Source: Chiloscyllium plagiosum
Taxonomy: Eukaryota
NCBI RefSeq assembly: GCF_004010195.1
Contig: NC_057719.1
Span: 90,611,756 to 90,675,755 of the forward strand
Length of the DNA: 64,000 nt
Reading direction: 5' to 3'
Part shown: in pieces, positions 53,174 through 64,000 of the stretch
How the letters are laid out: every line of letters starts with the position of its first letter
How positions within the stretch are numbered: position 1 is the stretch's first letter
Notes under the pieces: model-generated
Databases searched by the model: none
Told to the model about the DNA's origin: nothing
Seen by the model: only the letters and a program-made list of their open reading frames with translations
Program-made: the position numbers and the translations under genes

Positions 53174-53766
53174 TTTGTGTTGCAGACGTTTCGTCCCCTG
53201 TCTAGGTGACATCCTCAGCGCTCCTGTGAAGCGCTTCTGTGATCTTTCCTCCGGCATTTGAAGTGGTTTGAATCTGCCACTTCCGGTTGTCAGTTCCAGC
53301 TGTCCGTTGCAGTGGTCGGTATATTGGGTCCAGGTTGATGTGCTTATTGATTGAATCTGTGGATGAGTACCAAGCCTCGAGGAATTCCTTGGCTGTTCCC
53401 TGTTTGGCTTGTCCTATAATAGTAGTGTTGTCCCAAGCGACCACTAGGACTCATAACAGCGCACAAACCAACAGCCACTCTCCGACAACAACTCACCAGA
53501 ACGAAGGACCCAATACCCAACATGAGCAAAACTAATGTAGTGTACAAAATCCCATGCAAGGACTGCACAAAACACTANNNNNNNNNNNNNNNNNNNNNNN
53601 NNNNNNNNNNNNNNNNNNNNNNNNNNNNNNNNNNNNNNNNNNNNNNNNNNNTCTTTCCTCCAGCATTTATAGTGGTTTGACCACGAAACGTCTGCAACAC
53701 AAATTCCCAGCTCGGCGAACAGAACCACAACAAAGAGCACCTGAGCTACAAATCTTCTCCCAAACT
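53174..53766. mobile_element. Poseidon-like PLE fragment with inverted ends, inserted in a CR1 LINE
   Basis: Minus-strand peptide AKEFLEAWYSSTDSINKHINLDPIY; plus-strand GIY-YIG start (NVVYKIPCKDCTKH); 13-bp TSD ATGGAATTAAGAA at 53161-53173 and 53767-53779. Confidence 0.88.
53183..53223 (-). ncRNA. Minimal hammerhead-ribozyme-like motif
   Basis: Minus strand: gcg-CUGAGGA-U-gucacc-uagaca-ggggac-GAAAC-GUC-ugc. Confidence 0.65.
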
Positions 53767-56700
53767 ATGGAATTAAGAAGGCTAGAAGGAGCCATGAAAT
53801 ATCATTAACCAGCAGAGTTAAGGAGAATCCCAAGGCGTTTTATGCATGCATTAGAAGAAAGAGGGTATCAAGAAAAAGAGTAGGCCCACTCGAGAACAAA
53901 GGAGGTGAGTTATGCATGGAGCCACAGGAAGTGGAAGAGATCTTTAGTGAAGGACATGACTGATGTTGAGGTCAGAGACGAACGTGAGAATGCCAATATG
54001 TTGAAGGAGAAAGTTTTGGGTGTCCTAAATTGCATTGAGGTAGACAAGCCCCCAAGGCCAGATGGGATCTATCCCACGTTACTGCAGAGGCATGGGATGA
54101 AATATCTGGGGTATTAGCAAATATTCTCACATCCTCTTTGACCACATGTGAGGTTCTAGAGGACTGGAGATTAACCAGTGTTTTTCCATTGCTTAAGAAA
54201 GGAAGCAGAGATAATCCAGGAAGTTGTAGGCTGGTGAGCCTGATGTCTGTGGTTGGAAAGCTCTTGGAGAAGATACTGATGGACAAGATAAATGCACATT
54301 TGGAAGAAAATGGACTAGTTAGTGTCAGGCAGCATAGTTTTGTACAAGGAAGGTCATGTCTCAACAACCTGATTGAAGGTTTTGAAGAGGTGACAAAGAT
54401 AATTCCACAGAAAAAGGCTGTGGATGTAGTTTATATGGACTTTAGTAAGGCATTTGCTAAAGTCCCACATGGCAGATTGGTACAAAAACTAAATTCAAGG
54501 TGGGCTGGCTAGATGGATACAAAACTGGCTTGGTCATAGAAGACAGAGGGTAGTGGTGGAAGGGTTTTTCAGTGTGGAGACCGGTAACTAGTAGTGTTCC
54601 ACAGGGATCAGTCTTTGGTCTTCTGTTGTTTGTAGTGTATATATATAAAATGATCTGGGGGGAAATGTAGGTGGTCTGATTAGTACATTTGCAGATGACC
54701 TGAACCTTGATGGAGTTGCTGATTAGTACCAATGATTGCAAAAGGCTACAATAGAATATCGATAGATTGGCGACTTGGGCACAGAAATGACAGATGGAGT
54801 TTAATCCAGACAAATGCGAGGTGATGCATTTTGGAGGATCAAATTTAGGTGTGAATTACACTGTAAATGGCAGAATCCCTAGGAACATTAACATACAGAC
54901 AGATCTGGGTGTGCAGGTCCTCAGTTCCCCAAAAGTGACAACACAGGTAGCCAAGGTGATTAAGAAGGCATATGACATGTTTGTCTTCACCAGCCAGGGC
55001 ATGCAGTGTAAGAGTTGGTGAACCATGTTGTAGCTATACAAAATGCATGCTAGGCTGCATTTAAAGAATTGTGTGTAGTTTTTGTCATCACACTACCAGA
55101 AGGATGTTGAAGCTTTGGAGACAGTGCAGAGCAGGTTTGCCAGGATATTGTCTGGTCTTGAGGGCATTGGCTATGAGGAAAGGTTAAAAAGGCTGAGATT
55201 GTTTGCACTGGAATGACAAAAGCTGAGAGGAGACCCGATAGAGGTCCAAAACGTTATGAGAGGCATAGATATGGTGGCTAGTCAGAGGCTTTTTTCCCCA
55301 GGGTTGAAGTTTCAATTACAACGGGCCGTAGCTTCATGGTGAGAGGGGGAAAGTTTAAAGGAGATGTGCGAGGGAAGTTTTTCATGCAGAGAGTGAGGGT
55401 CGGAGCCTGGCATGCACTGCCAAAAGAGGTGGCGGAAGCAGGCACATTGGCAACGTTTAAAAGGCAGCTGGATGTTTACGTGAATAGGGAGGCAATAGAG
55501 GTATATGGACTGAATAAGGACAGAAGGTTCGTGTTTTAGTTTAATCCAGGCATGATGGTAGGCACCAGGTTTGGAGGGCTGATGAGTCTGTTCCTATGCT
55601 GTACTTCTCTTTTGTTCATTTTTTTCCTATTTAATCATAAGGAAGGTAGGTTTTTTGCTTTATTTCAGTGTTTAGAAACAAGCCATGTAAAATATTCCCA
55701 AATTAGATACTTGGACATGAGTAACAGATTAAAGTTTGGTGCAGGGGAAATCTGGATTTTACGAACTAGCAAACCATTAAAACTGTAATGGCTAAGTATT
55801 TGTGATCTGCAGTTTGTAATCTTGAGAGTGGATTAGTGTTTTGTGGCACATCTGTTGAGATGCATGCATACCAGCACCATCTGATATGAATTTTTTAAAA
55901 ATTAAAGTGTCTTGCTGAAGTAGTAGATAATCATTGGTTTATTTGTTAGATGCTGCTTATAACTGACTTTCTTGGCTTGGGGTGTCTCCCTGACTATCTG
56001 GTTTATCCAGTTATTTGAAAAAAATGTTGAACTCTTGAATAATTCTTTAATAAGATTAAACTTATGTTTTCATTTCATTGTAAAATTTAGCAGGAAACCC
56101 AGGAAAGACAGTAAACAGAGAGTTCCCCTGTAAGTCTCACGCTATACTGACTTGAAAATATATTGCTGTTCCTTCAATGGTGTTGGGTCAAAATCTTGGA
56201 ACTTCATTGTTACTGCACCTATATCATGTGGACTGCAGCGGTCCAAGAATATAGCTCGCCATCACCTTCCCAAGGGAAACGAGAGATGGGAAATAAGTGC
56301 TGCTCAACCAGCAATACCCGCATTGCATGAATGAACTTACACAAAGGTAACGAATTTCAGGAAGCACTTTGCAAACATCTACTTCAGTATGATGGGCCAA
56401 ATGACTGGCTGGCTCTGTTCTGAATTATTTTATGAATTATGTATTTTATTTGTTGTCAAATTAACCATTACTCAATCACTACCAAAATAGATACAAAGCT
56501 GTTACTCAAATACATAGTTTTCATAAAATAACAGAATTGTACCAATTCATTAGACTATATACTTTTAGATCTGCGATTGTCTACTGGCTCAGTTGTGGCA
56601 CTCTTACCACTGACGCTAAACTATGGGAGGTTGAAGAGCCCTTCAGCACTTGTGCAGATTACCTAGACTGGCACCAGATGAAATCTTATGAGACCCGTGG

Positions 56701-57529
56701 AAGCAAGACCAGAACATAAATCTATAAGGTTTCTATTGGAATGGCAGGGAGATATGTTCTAGCCTCTGGACAATCACACCAGAGGCATTGATAGTGGCTA
56801 TCTGCCGGCAAAAGTGGATGAACGTTTGAGACCAGTTTGGAGAGACGCTGGGAAATTGCTGGCAGTGGACAGACATCCAGCTTCGCCTCATTGCAGCCAC
56901 AAATAATTTCACACACCACCTGATGATATCTCCGTGCTGAGGTGACCTACCACTGCAGCACCTACTTCTGTCAGTGGGACTACCATCAGAGGATTGCTGC
57001 GCACCCTGACATTGGGCAGTCTGGGTATCTGCCAGCTCTAATTGGATAGTTTTCCCCGGAAACATTTCCTAATTAACTCTTGTTGGATGAGGGCCTTTGT
57101 TGGGATCCTGACTTATATCTTCAAAGATGGCACGATTCTGTTCACCATTGGCAATACGAATGGGTTCTGATTTTTCAGAAGTGCTATCTTTCCAATAAGA
57201 TATTAAACAAAGGCTGTTGAGTATATGCTTTGAGGAGGAATAGGAGAGTTTTCTTGGTGTTCTACCAATATTTGCCAGCTGCCAGAATCACTGAAAAGAA
57301 ATGAGCTGTTCACTTATCTCATTTGTATTTATGATACCTTGTTGCACGACTTGATTTGTCAATAATTACATTTGTCATAATTCATTTGCAATAAAGCTCT
57401 TCAGTAGAAGTGTTATGTAATGAATGGTGCTATGTAAATCTGCATTCTTTAATGAAGATGGAACTAGGTTTGCAATTGAAGATGGTACAATTGCTAATCG
57501 ACAAAAGAGTCTTATGAAAACATATATTG

Positions 57530-58115
57530 AGTCAGAGCTTTGAGTACAGGAGTTGGGATGTCATGATGTGACTGTACAAGTCATTGGTTAGGCCGCTGTT
57601 AGAATATTCCATACAATTCTAGTTGACCTATTATTGGAAGGATGTTGTTAATCTGCAAAGGATGCAGAAAAAAATTACAGGCATGATTCCATGGCTGAAG
57701 AGTTTGAGTTATAAGGAGAGGCTAGATAGGCTGGGTCTTTTTATCCTGGAGCACCGGAGGCTGAGGGGTGACCTTGGAGAGATTTGTAAATCAGGAGGGG
57801 CATAGATAAGGTGAATAGTCAAAGTCTTTTCCCCAAGGTAGGGGAGTCCAAAACTAGAGGGTATAGGTTCAGGCTGAGATGGGAAAGATTTAAAGGGATC
57901 CTGAGGGGAAATTTCTTCACACAGTGTAATGGTATGAGCTCCCAGAGGAAGTTGGGTACAAGTAAATAGTTAAAAGCTAATTGGGTGCTGAATGAATACA
58001 AAAGATATGGAGGGGTGGGCTAAATGCAGGCAAATGGGCCTAATTCAGTTTAGAATACCTGGTCGGCATAGATAAGGTGGCCCAAATGATCTGTTTCTGT
58101 GCTGTATGACTCTCT
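57530..58115 (+). mobile_element. CR1/HER1 LINE 3' end
   Basis: LSYKERLDRLGLFILEHRRLRGDL plus tail. Confidence 0.85.
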
Positions 58116-58242
58116 CAATTGCTGGAGAAACTCAGCAGGTCTGACGTCACCTATGGAGTGACAGCAGAGTTAATGTTTTGGGTCCATTGACCCTTTGTTA
58201 GAACTACTAGTAGTTAGAAAGGTGGTATACATGCTGAAGAGA

Positions 58243-58556
58243 GCGACACGGTGGCACAGTGGTTAGCACTGCTGCCTCACAGCGCCAGAGACCCGGGTTC
58301 AATTCCCGCCTCAGGTAACTGACTGTGTGGAGTTTGCACGTTCTCCCTGTGTCTGCGTGGGTTTCCTCCGGGTGCTCCGGTTTCCTACCACAGTCCAAAG
58401 ATGTGCAGGTCAGGTGAATTGGCCATGCTAAATTGCCCGTAGTGTTAGGTAAGGGGTAAATGTAGGGGTATGGGTGGGTTGCGCTTCGGTGGGTCGGTGT
58501 GGACTTGTTGGGCCGAAGGGCCTGTTTCCACACTGTAAGTAATCTAATCTAATCTA
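58243..58556 (+). mobile_element. Young HE1-type SINE
   Basis: CpG-intact, (AATCT)3 tail, short AAGAG duplication at the flanks. Confidence 0.9.
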
Positions 58557-58752
58557 AGAGGAGGGGAAGGAGTAAGCGAATAGGTGGAGGCGGGAGAGAG
58601 AGACAGGCATACAAAGGGATGCATAATGGTGAGCCAGGGAGGAAAGAAAACTGATAATGGGGACCATAATTAGATGAAATGGATTGGCTGTGCTGAAAGC
58701 AGCCCATGTCATGACAGGGCCAGAGGTATGTGTACGTAAAGGACATATGTAA

Positions 58753-58787
58753 TTCCTGAAGAAGGGCTCATGCCCGAAACGTTGATT
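58753..58787 (+). ncRNA. Minimal hammerhead-ribozyme-like motif, sense to STARD9 intron 3
   Basis: uuc-CUGAAGA-A-GGGC-ucau-GCCC-GAAAC-GUU-gau. Confidence 0.6.
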
Positions 58788-58880
58788 CTCCTGCACCTTG
58801 GATGCTGCCTGACCTGCTGCACTTTTCCAGCAACACATTTTCAGCTCTGATCTCCAGCATCTGTAGTCCTCACTTTCTCC
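58754..58880 (+). mobile_element. Short PLE terminal-repeat insertion nested in an older PLE fragment (about 58115-59090, minus strand)
   Basis: 10-bp TSD CATATGTAAT at 58744-58753 and 58881-58890; nearly identical to the right arm of 7246-7463. Confidence 0.85.
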
Positions 58881-60474
58881 CATATGTAATAAGGTGTTCA
58901 AGTTATAAAATCATTGAACTCAATATTGAGCCCTGAACACTGCAGTGTCACCAAGCAGGAAATGAGATGCTGTTCTTTCAGTTTGTGCTTATGAGCAATG
59001 CAGCAGGCCTGAGACAGAAATGTTGGCGAGGGAACACGGTGGTGAAGTGGCAGGCAACTGGAAGCTTAGATTTGTTTGTGCAGGCAGAATATGTAGGTGA
59101 TGTATAAAGTAGTTGCCCAGTCTGTTACTAACCTAATTTAGTAACCTAAGTAATAGCACCAGGAAGAAGTCATTCGGTCCCTTGAGGCTGCTCTGCCACT
59201 CAAGATTATTGCTGATCTGATTATGATCTTAACTCTGCCTTCCTTTAACCCTGCTTATCTTGGTAATCATAAATCAACCAAACACTGCTTTAATATATTC
59301 AATGACCCAGCTTCCACTGATCTCCGAGGAAGTCAGAGTCATAGGGTCCTCCGGCACAGAAACAGGCCCTTTGGCCCAAGGTGGTTCAAGCTGACCAAAA
59401 TGTCCAGCCATGCTGCCCCCATTTCCCTGTATTTGGCCCATATCCTTCTAATCCTTTCCTATGCATGAATTCTAAAATATAACAACTTCCCTCTGGTTCT
59501 GGATTTGCCCACAAGAAGAAATCTCATTGTATCTATCTTGTCGTGTCCCCTTAGAATCTTTCATATTTCAGTTCCCAAGAGCGTAGGCTCAACTTAGACT
59601 GGAAGTTGGTGCAGTTGAAGGCCTTGTTTTGGGCCTGTTCTTGGTACATCTTCCTTACCAAACCATCCTCTCCTGTCACCCCTCAGCCCATCACTTTCCC
59701 TGATCTTTGCACCCCTTGCTGCCCAACACACTGTCTCATTCAGGGTGAGACAGTGAGGGTTTTTTTTTTTGAGTACCTCTTGGTCACTGGTTTTCTGCAA
59801 ATGTTATAATTGGGAGGTTTTTAAAAGAAATCAGCAGTCTGACATGAGAAGGGAGATTCTGTGACAACCCAAGGCTGAGATGCAAGGAAACTGCTTCAGA
59901 TGCAGACAATTGTTCCCCACCTCCCCCACCCCAAAATTTACAAAAGTGAAGATGGAAGAGAAGGGCTGCGAAAGGGGGACTGCAAAAGTCAGGAGGAAAG
60001 TAAAAAGGACAGCAAATGTATGGGGAGGTGAAAGAGGGGTTCCAACAATTGGGGAACAGAGAAGGACAAAAAATGGGGAGAAAAATGTTCTATAAAAATG
60101 GTGGGAGAGAGCACAATTGCAAAGGAGAGAAATGGCATTCAGAAGGTTTTCAAGAGGGGCACAAAAAGGAGGAGACAGAGGAGCTGCAGCATGTGAAGGA
60201 GTGGTTTTAAAACTTACAGCTAAGGAATACTCAGCTTACTGGGAACCTGGAAAACTAAGAAAATTGTTTATAAATCAATATGGAGTCCCTAGCTTAAGGC
60301 TGCAGGAATTTGAGAGGTACTAATATGGGGGCAAACAATAGTGGAGGTAGTGAAAACTGTCAGTTTGTTGTTGTAATATCAAATAGATTTATTTCATAAA
60401 GCTTTTCATTTATGTTAACACATTTAAGTGTCTTCAGTGGTGTGACATAGTTGAGGTGTAGTCACTGTGTTAGA

Positions 60475-60605
60475 GACAAAGAAGACAAGCAGGAGGCAGG
60501 AAGAGCACAGTAAGCCGGACAGCATCAGGAAGTCGAGAAGTCCAATGTTTCGGTTATAACCCTTCTCCAGGAATGGGGTGGGGGTAGGGGGAGTTGCAGA
60601 TAAAG
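60475..60605 (-). mobile_element. Short PLE-like terminal fragment, another subfamily
   Basis: Minus strand reads attcctggagaagggttataaccgaaacattgg followed by a tail similar to the other PLE termini. Confidence 0.55.
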
Positions 60606-61799
60606 GGAAGAGGGAAGGGTAATAACTGTTTAGTTGTGACCTTAAGTCTGTGGAACGTGTTTTAGGATGATAGCTTTTTAAGTGTGGCAGTTAAGTGTTA
60701 GCTTATGCCTGTTGTCTTTTGCCAATTGAAATCCATTGGCATCAGGGAGTGGTGATGAATTCTTCTAATTCTGCTCCCTCATGCCAACAAAAATACAGAA
60801 GGTATTGTTACTACATGACTGCATCATCTCATGAAGGAGTTGGTGAGAATGAAAGTGGAGGCCCTGAAATCCGAAATGTCACCCACATTAATCAAAATAT
60901 AGCCCTTGAGATAAACTCGGGGGAGCTCTCAGAAAAACTCAGAGAGAGACTTCTGTCCTTTGCACAGGTAGATTAGAGAAGAAAATTGAAAACTGAAAAA
61001 GGAAGCTTGTGACAAATGTTAGAAATAAAAGATCAAGAGGGTCAGGTTGTAGGGAAGAAAGAGTGCTGTTCCTGACGAGTTAATGAAAGCTGATTTCATA
61101 AATGATTTTAAAACCATGCTGGACAAATCATTGAGGAGAAACAACTTACAAGCACTATTGCCCCACTGGTGTCAGCACTACAGCCTCAGACACTGATCCC
61201 CAGATTCCATCCTTCCTGGTGTTGGTTACTAGCTACTAGTTCTTGAACATGGATTGGAGGTTGCAAGAGTTGGGGTACGGGTGAGGGGATAGTTGGGGTG
61301 AACAGCTCAATACAGGTTATGGATGGCATGGCAAGAATTAAGTTGAGGATGGGATGAGATAAGAGGGATAAATGGTTTGGGATACAGTGTGACATGAGTA
61401 ATAACTTGGGAAGAATGGAATAGGATGTGAATTTGAATAAGAACCATTGCAATAAAGCTACTAATTTCATCACAAGTGTTTATAGGTTTCTACTTACAGG
61501 TAAGCTACTCATTATTCTCTGAACACAGGAGTCAGGCAGAGAAGTTGAGGCTGTTTCTCCTAGCCAGAATCCCAAGACAATGAACTTATGCAGAACCAAT
61601 AACAATGATCAGGAAGCAAACCTAGGTCAAGGGTAGCAGACAGCAATTCGCATTATACTTAGCTCAATGCAACCACCAGCTGCTGACTTTAGAAAACTAA
61701 AAGGAGATGCAGAATTGACTTCAAAGGACAGAAAAATGTGAGTTTTGAATAAGCCAAAATCAAAAACCTTTGGAGATGATTATATAATTAAATGACTCC

Positions 61800-62430
61800 G
61801 AGAGTCGGTGACTGCCTGTGTGGAGTTTGCACATTCTCCCTGTGTCTGCCTGGGTTTCCTCCCGGTGCTCCAGTTTCCTCCCACAGTCCAAAGATGTGCA
61901 TGTCAGATGAATTGGCCATGCTAAATTTCCCATAGTGTTCAGGTATGTGTAAGTAGTGTGGCACGGTGGCTCAGTGGTTAGCACCGTTGCCTCACAGTGC
62001 TGGGTTCGATTCCAGCCTCGGGTGACTGTGTGTGGAGTTTGTACATTCTCTCCCTGCATCTGCATGGGTTTCCACTGGGTTCTCCAGTTTCCTCCCACAG
62101 TCTAAAGATGTGTAGGTCAAGTGGATTGGCCATGCTAAATTGCCCATAGTATTCAGGGATATCTAGATCAGGTGCATTACTCAGGGATGAATATAGAGTA
62201 GGAGAATGGGTCTGCGAATGTTACTCTTCGGAGGGTTGGTGTGGACTTGTTGGACCAAAGGGCCCATTTCCACACTGTAGGGGTTCTATAAAAAAAAAGT
62301 TAGGTGCATTGGTCAGGGGAAATGTAGAGTAATAGGGTAGGGAATGGGTCTGGGTGGGTTACTCTTTGAGGATTGGTGTGGGCTTGTTGGCCAAATGACC
62401 TGTTTCCATGCTGTAGAGATTCTGTGTTCT
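61800..62430 (+). mobile_element. Nested HE1-type SINEs (one copy at about 61958-62298 inside another)
   Basis: Outer copy breaks at about 61955 and resumes at about 62300. Confidence 0.82.
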
Positions 62431-62741
62431 TTGATAACGTCAATCTTTGTCCTAGTTTTTCTTTATTTATGATTGATTAAATGATTAATTTTAATATTTT
62501 CCTTGCTAAATACAGTAAATGAAGTCCAAGTGTCTTTTATTAGATCCAGATGTAAAGCATACATTTCCACAAACAATGCTAATGTGCTAAATGGATCAAA
62601 AGCTACTATTGTATTTTGTTTGTTTCACATGAAAGGAACATAACCAGAAGAGAAGCAAATTTAGTAGTGCTCAAGTAAGAGTTTTTAATAAAAGTTTGCA
62701 ACAATGAGCATTTCTTTCCAACACTTCAATCTAACCCCAAG

Positions 62742-62808
62742 CACACGCGCGCACGCACACACACAGACGCACACACTTTCTCTCTCTCTCTCTGTCTCTC
62801 CCTCTCTC
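62742..62808. repeat. (CA/CG)n plus (CT)n microsatellite
   Basis: Seen directly. Confidence 0.85.
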
Positions 62809-63811
62809 ATGCATGCTTAGAGGGCTTGGATAGTTCATGTATATGAATCATTTCACCCTCAGTGTCAATATAAAATGCTATTCCTGTTTTGAGCAAAAGG
62901 AAAGCCAATTTTGAAATATGTTGAGAGTATCTGAAAAAAATTAGAATCTTCTCCAGTCTAAAAAAGGCAAATTTCCAATTTTTATGTAGTTGTTCACTGC
63001 AATTAAGTAATGAGAATTATACATTTGAATTGCATAGTCTGTGATTTTTGATGCAAAAGGTGCATGAAAGTGTGGAGGCCATATGGCTCAGAAACAATGG
63101 TTTAATCTTTGTTTGCTCCCCACCTCTTACAGCTGAATATTCTCCAGTCCCCACAGGCTCCACTGGAAGAAGAAACCCAGATTCAATTAATACACAAAAC
63201 AGACTTTCTTCTACAGTCTGAGACATTTAAAACTGAACCAGAATGTTAAAGAATTAATGCAGTCTTGCAAATACTTTGGAGAAATAAAGCCAGAGTCACA
63301 TTCCACACCCACATCTACTGGGCACTTTTCTTTGTAGTCAAAGAATATTTTTTTCTTGACAAGTAGGCTGTTTTTCTTAATATTTTATGCATATGGTGTA
63401 GTTTTATGTTTGGACATATACTTCACTAAGAAAGAATGGAAGCAAAATGAGGGAGAAAGGAACACAGATTTACCAGTGAGTTAGATGAAAAAAAACAGAA
63501 CTACTAACACAGGCCAGGTAGACCAAATAGTCTATCTATGCAGCAATTGCATTTCCTACAGTTAGTAACCTAGGTGTAGATCAACACTCGATTACAATTC
63601 TACCAATCAGATGCCCAGAACCAGTTGTCTGAAAGTGCCATTTGCTGCTGCTGCTGCAATTGCAGGAAGTGTACTTTCTATCAATTTAGTGGCATTGTCT
63701 GTGATATCATTACCAACAATACAAGTGAGAGACAAGTACTTTTGATCTCCCCACTTTTACAGCTATTTCATTCCTGCATCAGCATCTCTGCGGCTATTTC
63801 TACCCCAACCT

Positions 63812-64000
63812 AGCAGTCACAGAGTTGTACATCATGGAAACAGACCCTTCCATGCTGATCAGATATCCTGAAATGATCTAGTCCCATTTGTCGACCTTTG
63901 GTCTATATCCCCCTAAACACTTCATATTGATATCCCCATTCGGGTGCCTTTTAAATGTTGCAATTGTACCTGCCTCCACCTCTTCGTATGGCAGCTAGTT
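63812..64000 (-). mobile_element. CR1/HER1 LINE tail, truncated by the window end
   Basis: Reverse complement of the tail seen at 10620-10800. Confidence 0.75.

Larger units (their letters stand above)
52870..55610 (+). mobile_element. CR1/HER1 LINE, about 2.1 kb plus nested PLE
   Basis: DKPPRPDGIYP, EDWRLTSVFPL, YMDFSKAFAKVPH, FNPDKCEVMHFG with stops. Confidence 0.9.
16140..64000 (+). other. STARD9: STARD9 transcription unit, 5' portion; introns of 12.8 kb, 16.3 kb and >18 kb; continues past the window end
   Basis: Three in-frame exons; no exon encoding AYGQTGSGKT seen between 45658 and 64000. The transcription start is approximate. Confidence 0.75.

Noticed and set aside
58243..58320. tRNA gene
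   Set aside because: tRNA-like head continues into SINE body and LINE-derived tail; it is a SINE.
60695..60976. 93-aa ORF ending near a GT
   Set aside because: No recognisable homology and no convincing acceptor; does not fit the STARD9 motor sequence.
45658..64000. STARD9 exon 4 (AYGQTGSGKT)
   Set aside because: No such coding sequence found by eye; several AG-flanked candidates did not translate to kinesin motifs.
1..64000. Prokaryotic systems (CRISPR, operons, retrons)
   Set aside because: Sequence is vertebrate; RT fragments are CR1 and Penelope types, and no regularly spaced repeat-spacer array is present.

Overview
Eukaryotic, repeat-dense genomic DNA from a shark or other elasmobranch, judged from HE1-type SINEs and HER1/CR1 LINEs; the species cannot be established from the sequence. 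The only recognisable host gene is the 5' part of STARD9 (KIF16A, kinesin-3) on the + strand. It has a GC-rich promoter at about 15.75-16.3 kb and three coding exons (16306-16352, 29157-29226, 45541-45657) that splice in frame to MANVQVAVRVRPLSKRENAEGSSIIVQVDDKVASIRNIKLDSRLDSPGNARERKIEFTFDYCYWSVDPDSANFAPQEL. The P-loop exon was not found and is probably beyond the window. The rest is mostly decayed CR1-type LINEs, tRNA-derived SINEs, one TA-flanked MITE and many Penelope-like elements (PLEs). The most striking signal is that at least five different PLE or PLE-derived families carry a minimal hammerhead-ribozyme-like fold: CUGANGA, one extra nucleotide, a covarying stem II, GAAA, then a palindromic ACGU/AGCU stem III. 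Many copies are tiny (130-600 bp) TSD-flanked inserts, and several are head-to-head palindromes whose axis sits just 5' of the core. Repeat boundaries were read by eye and are approximate.
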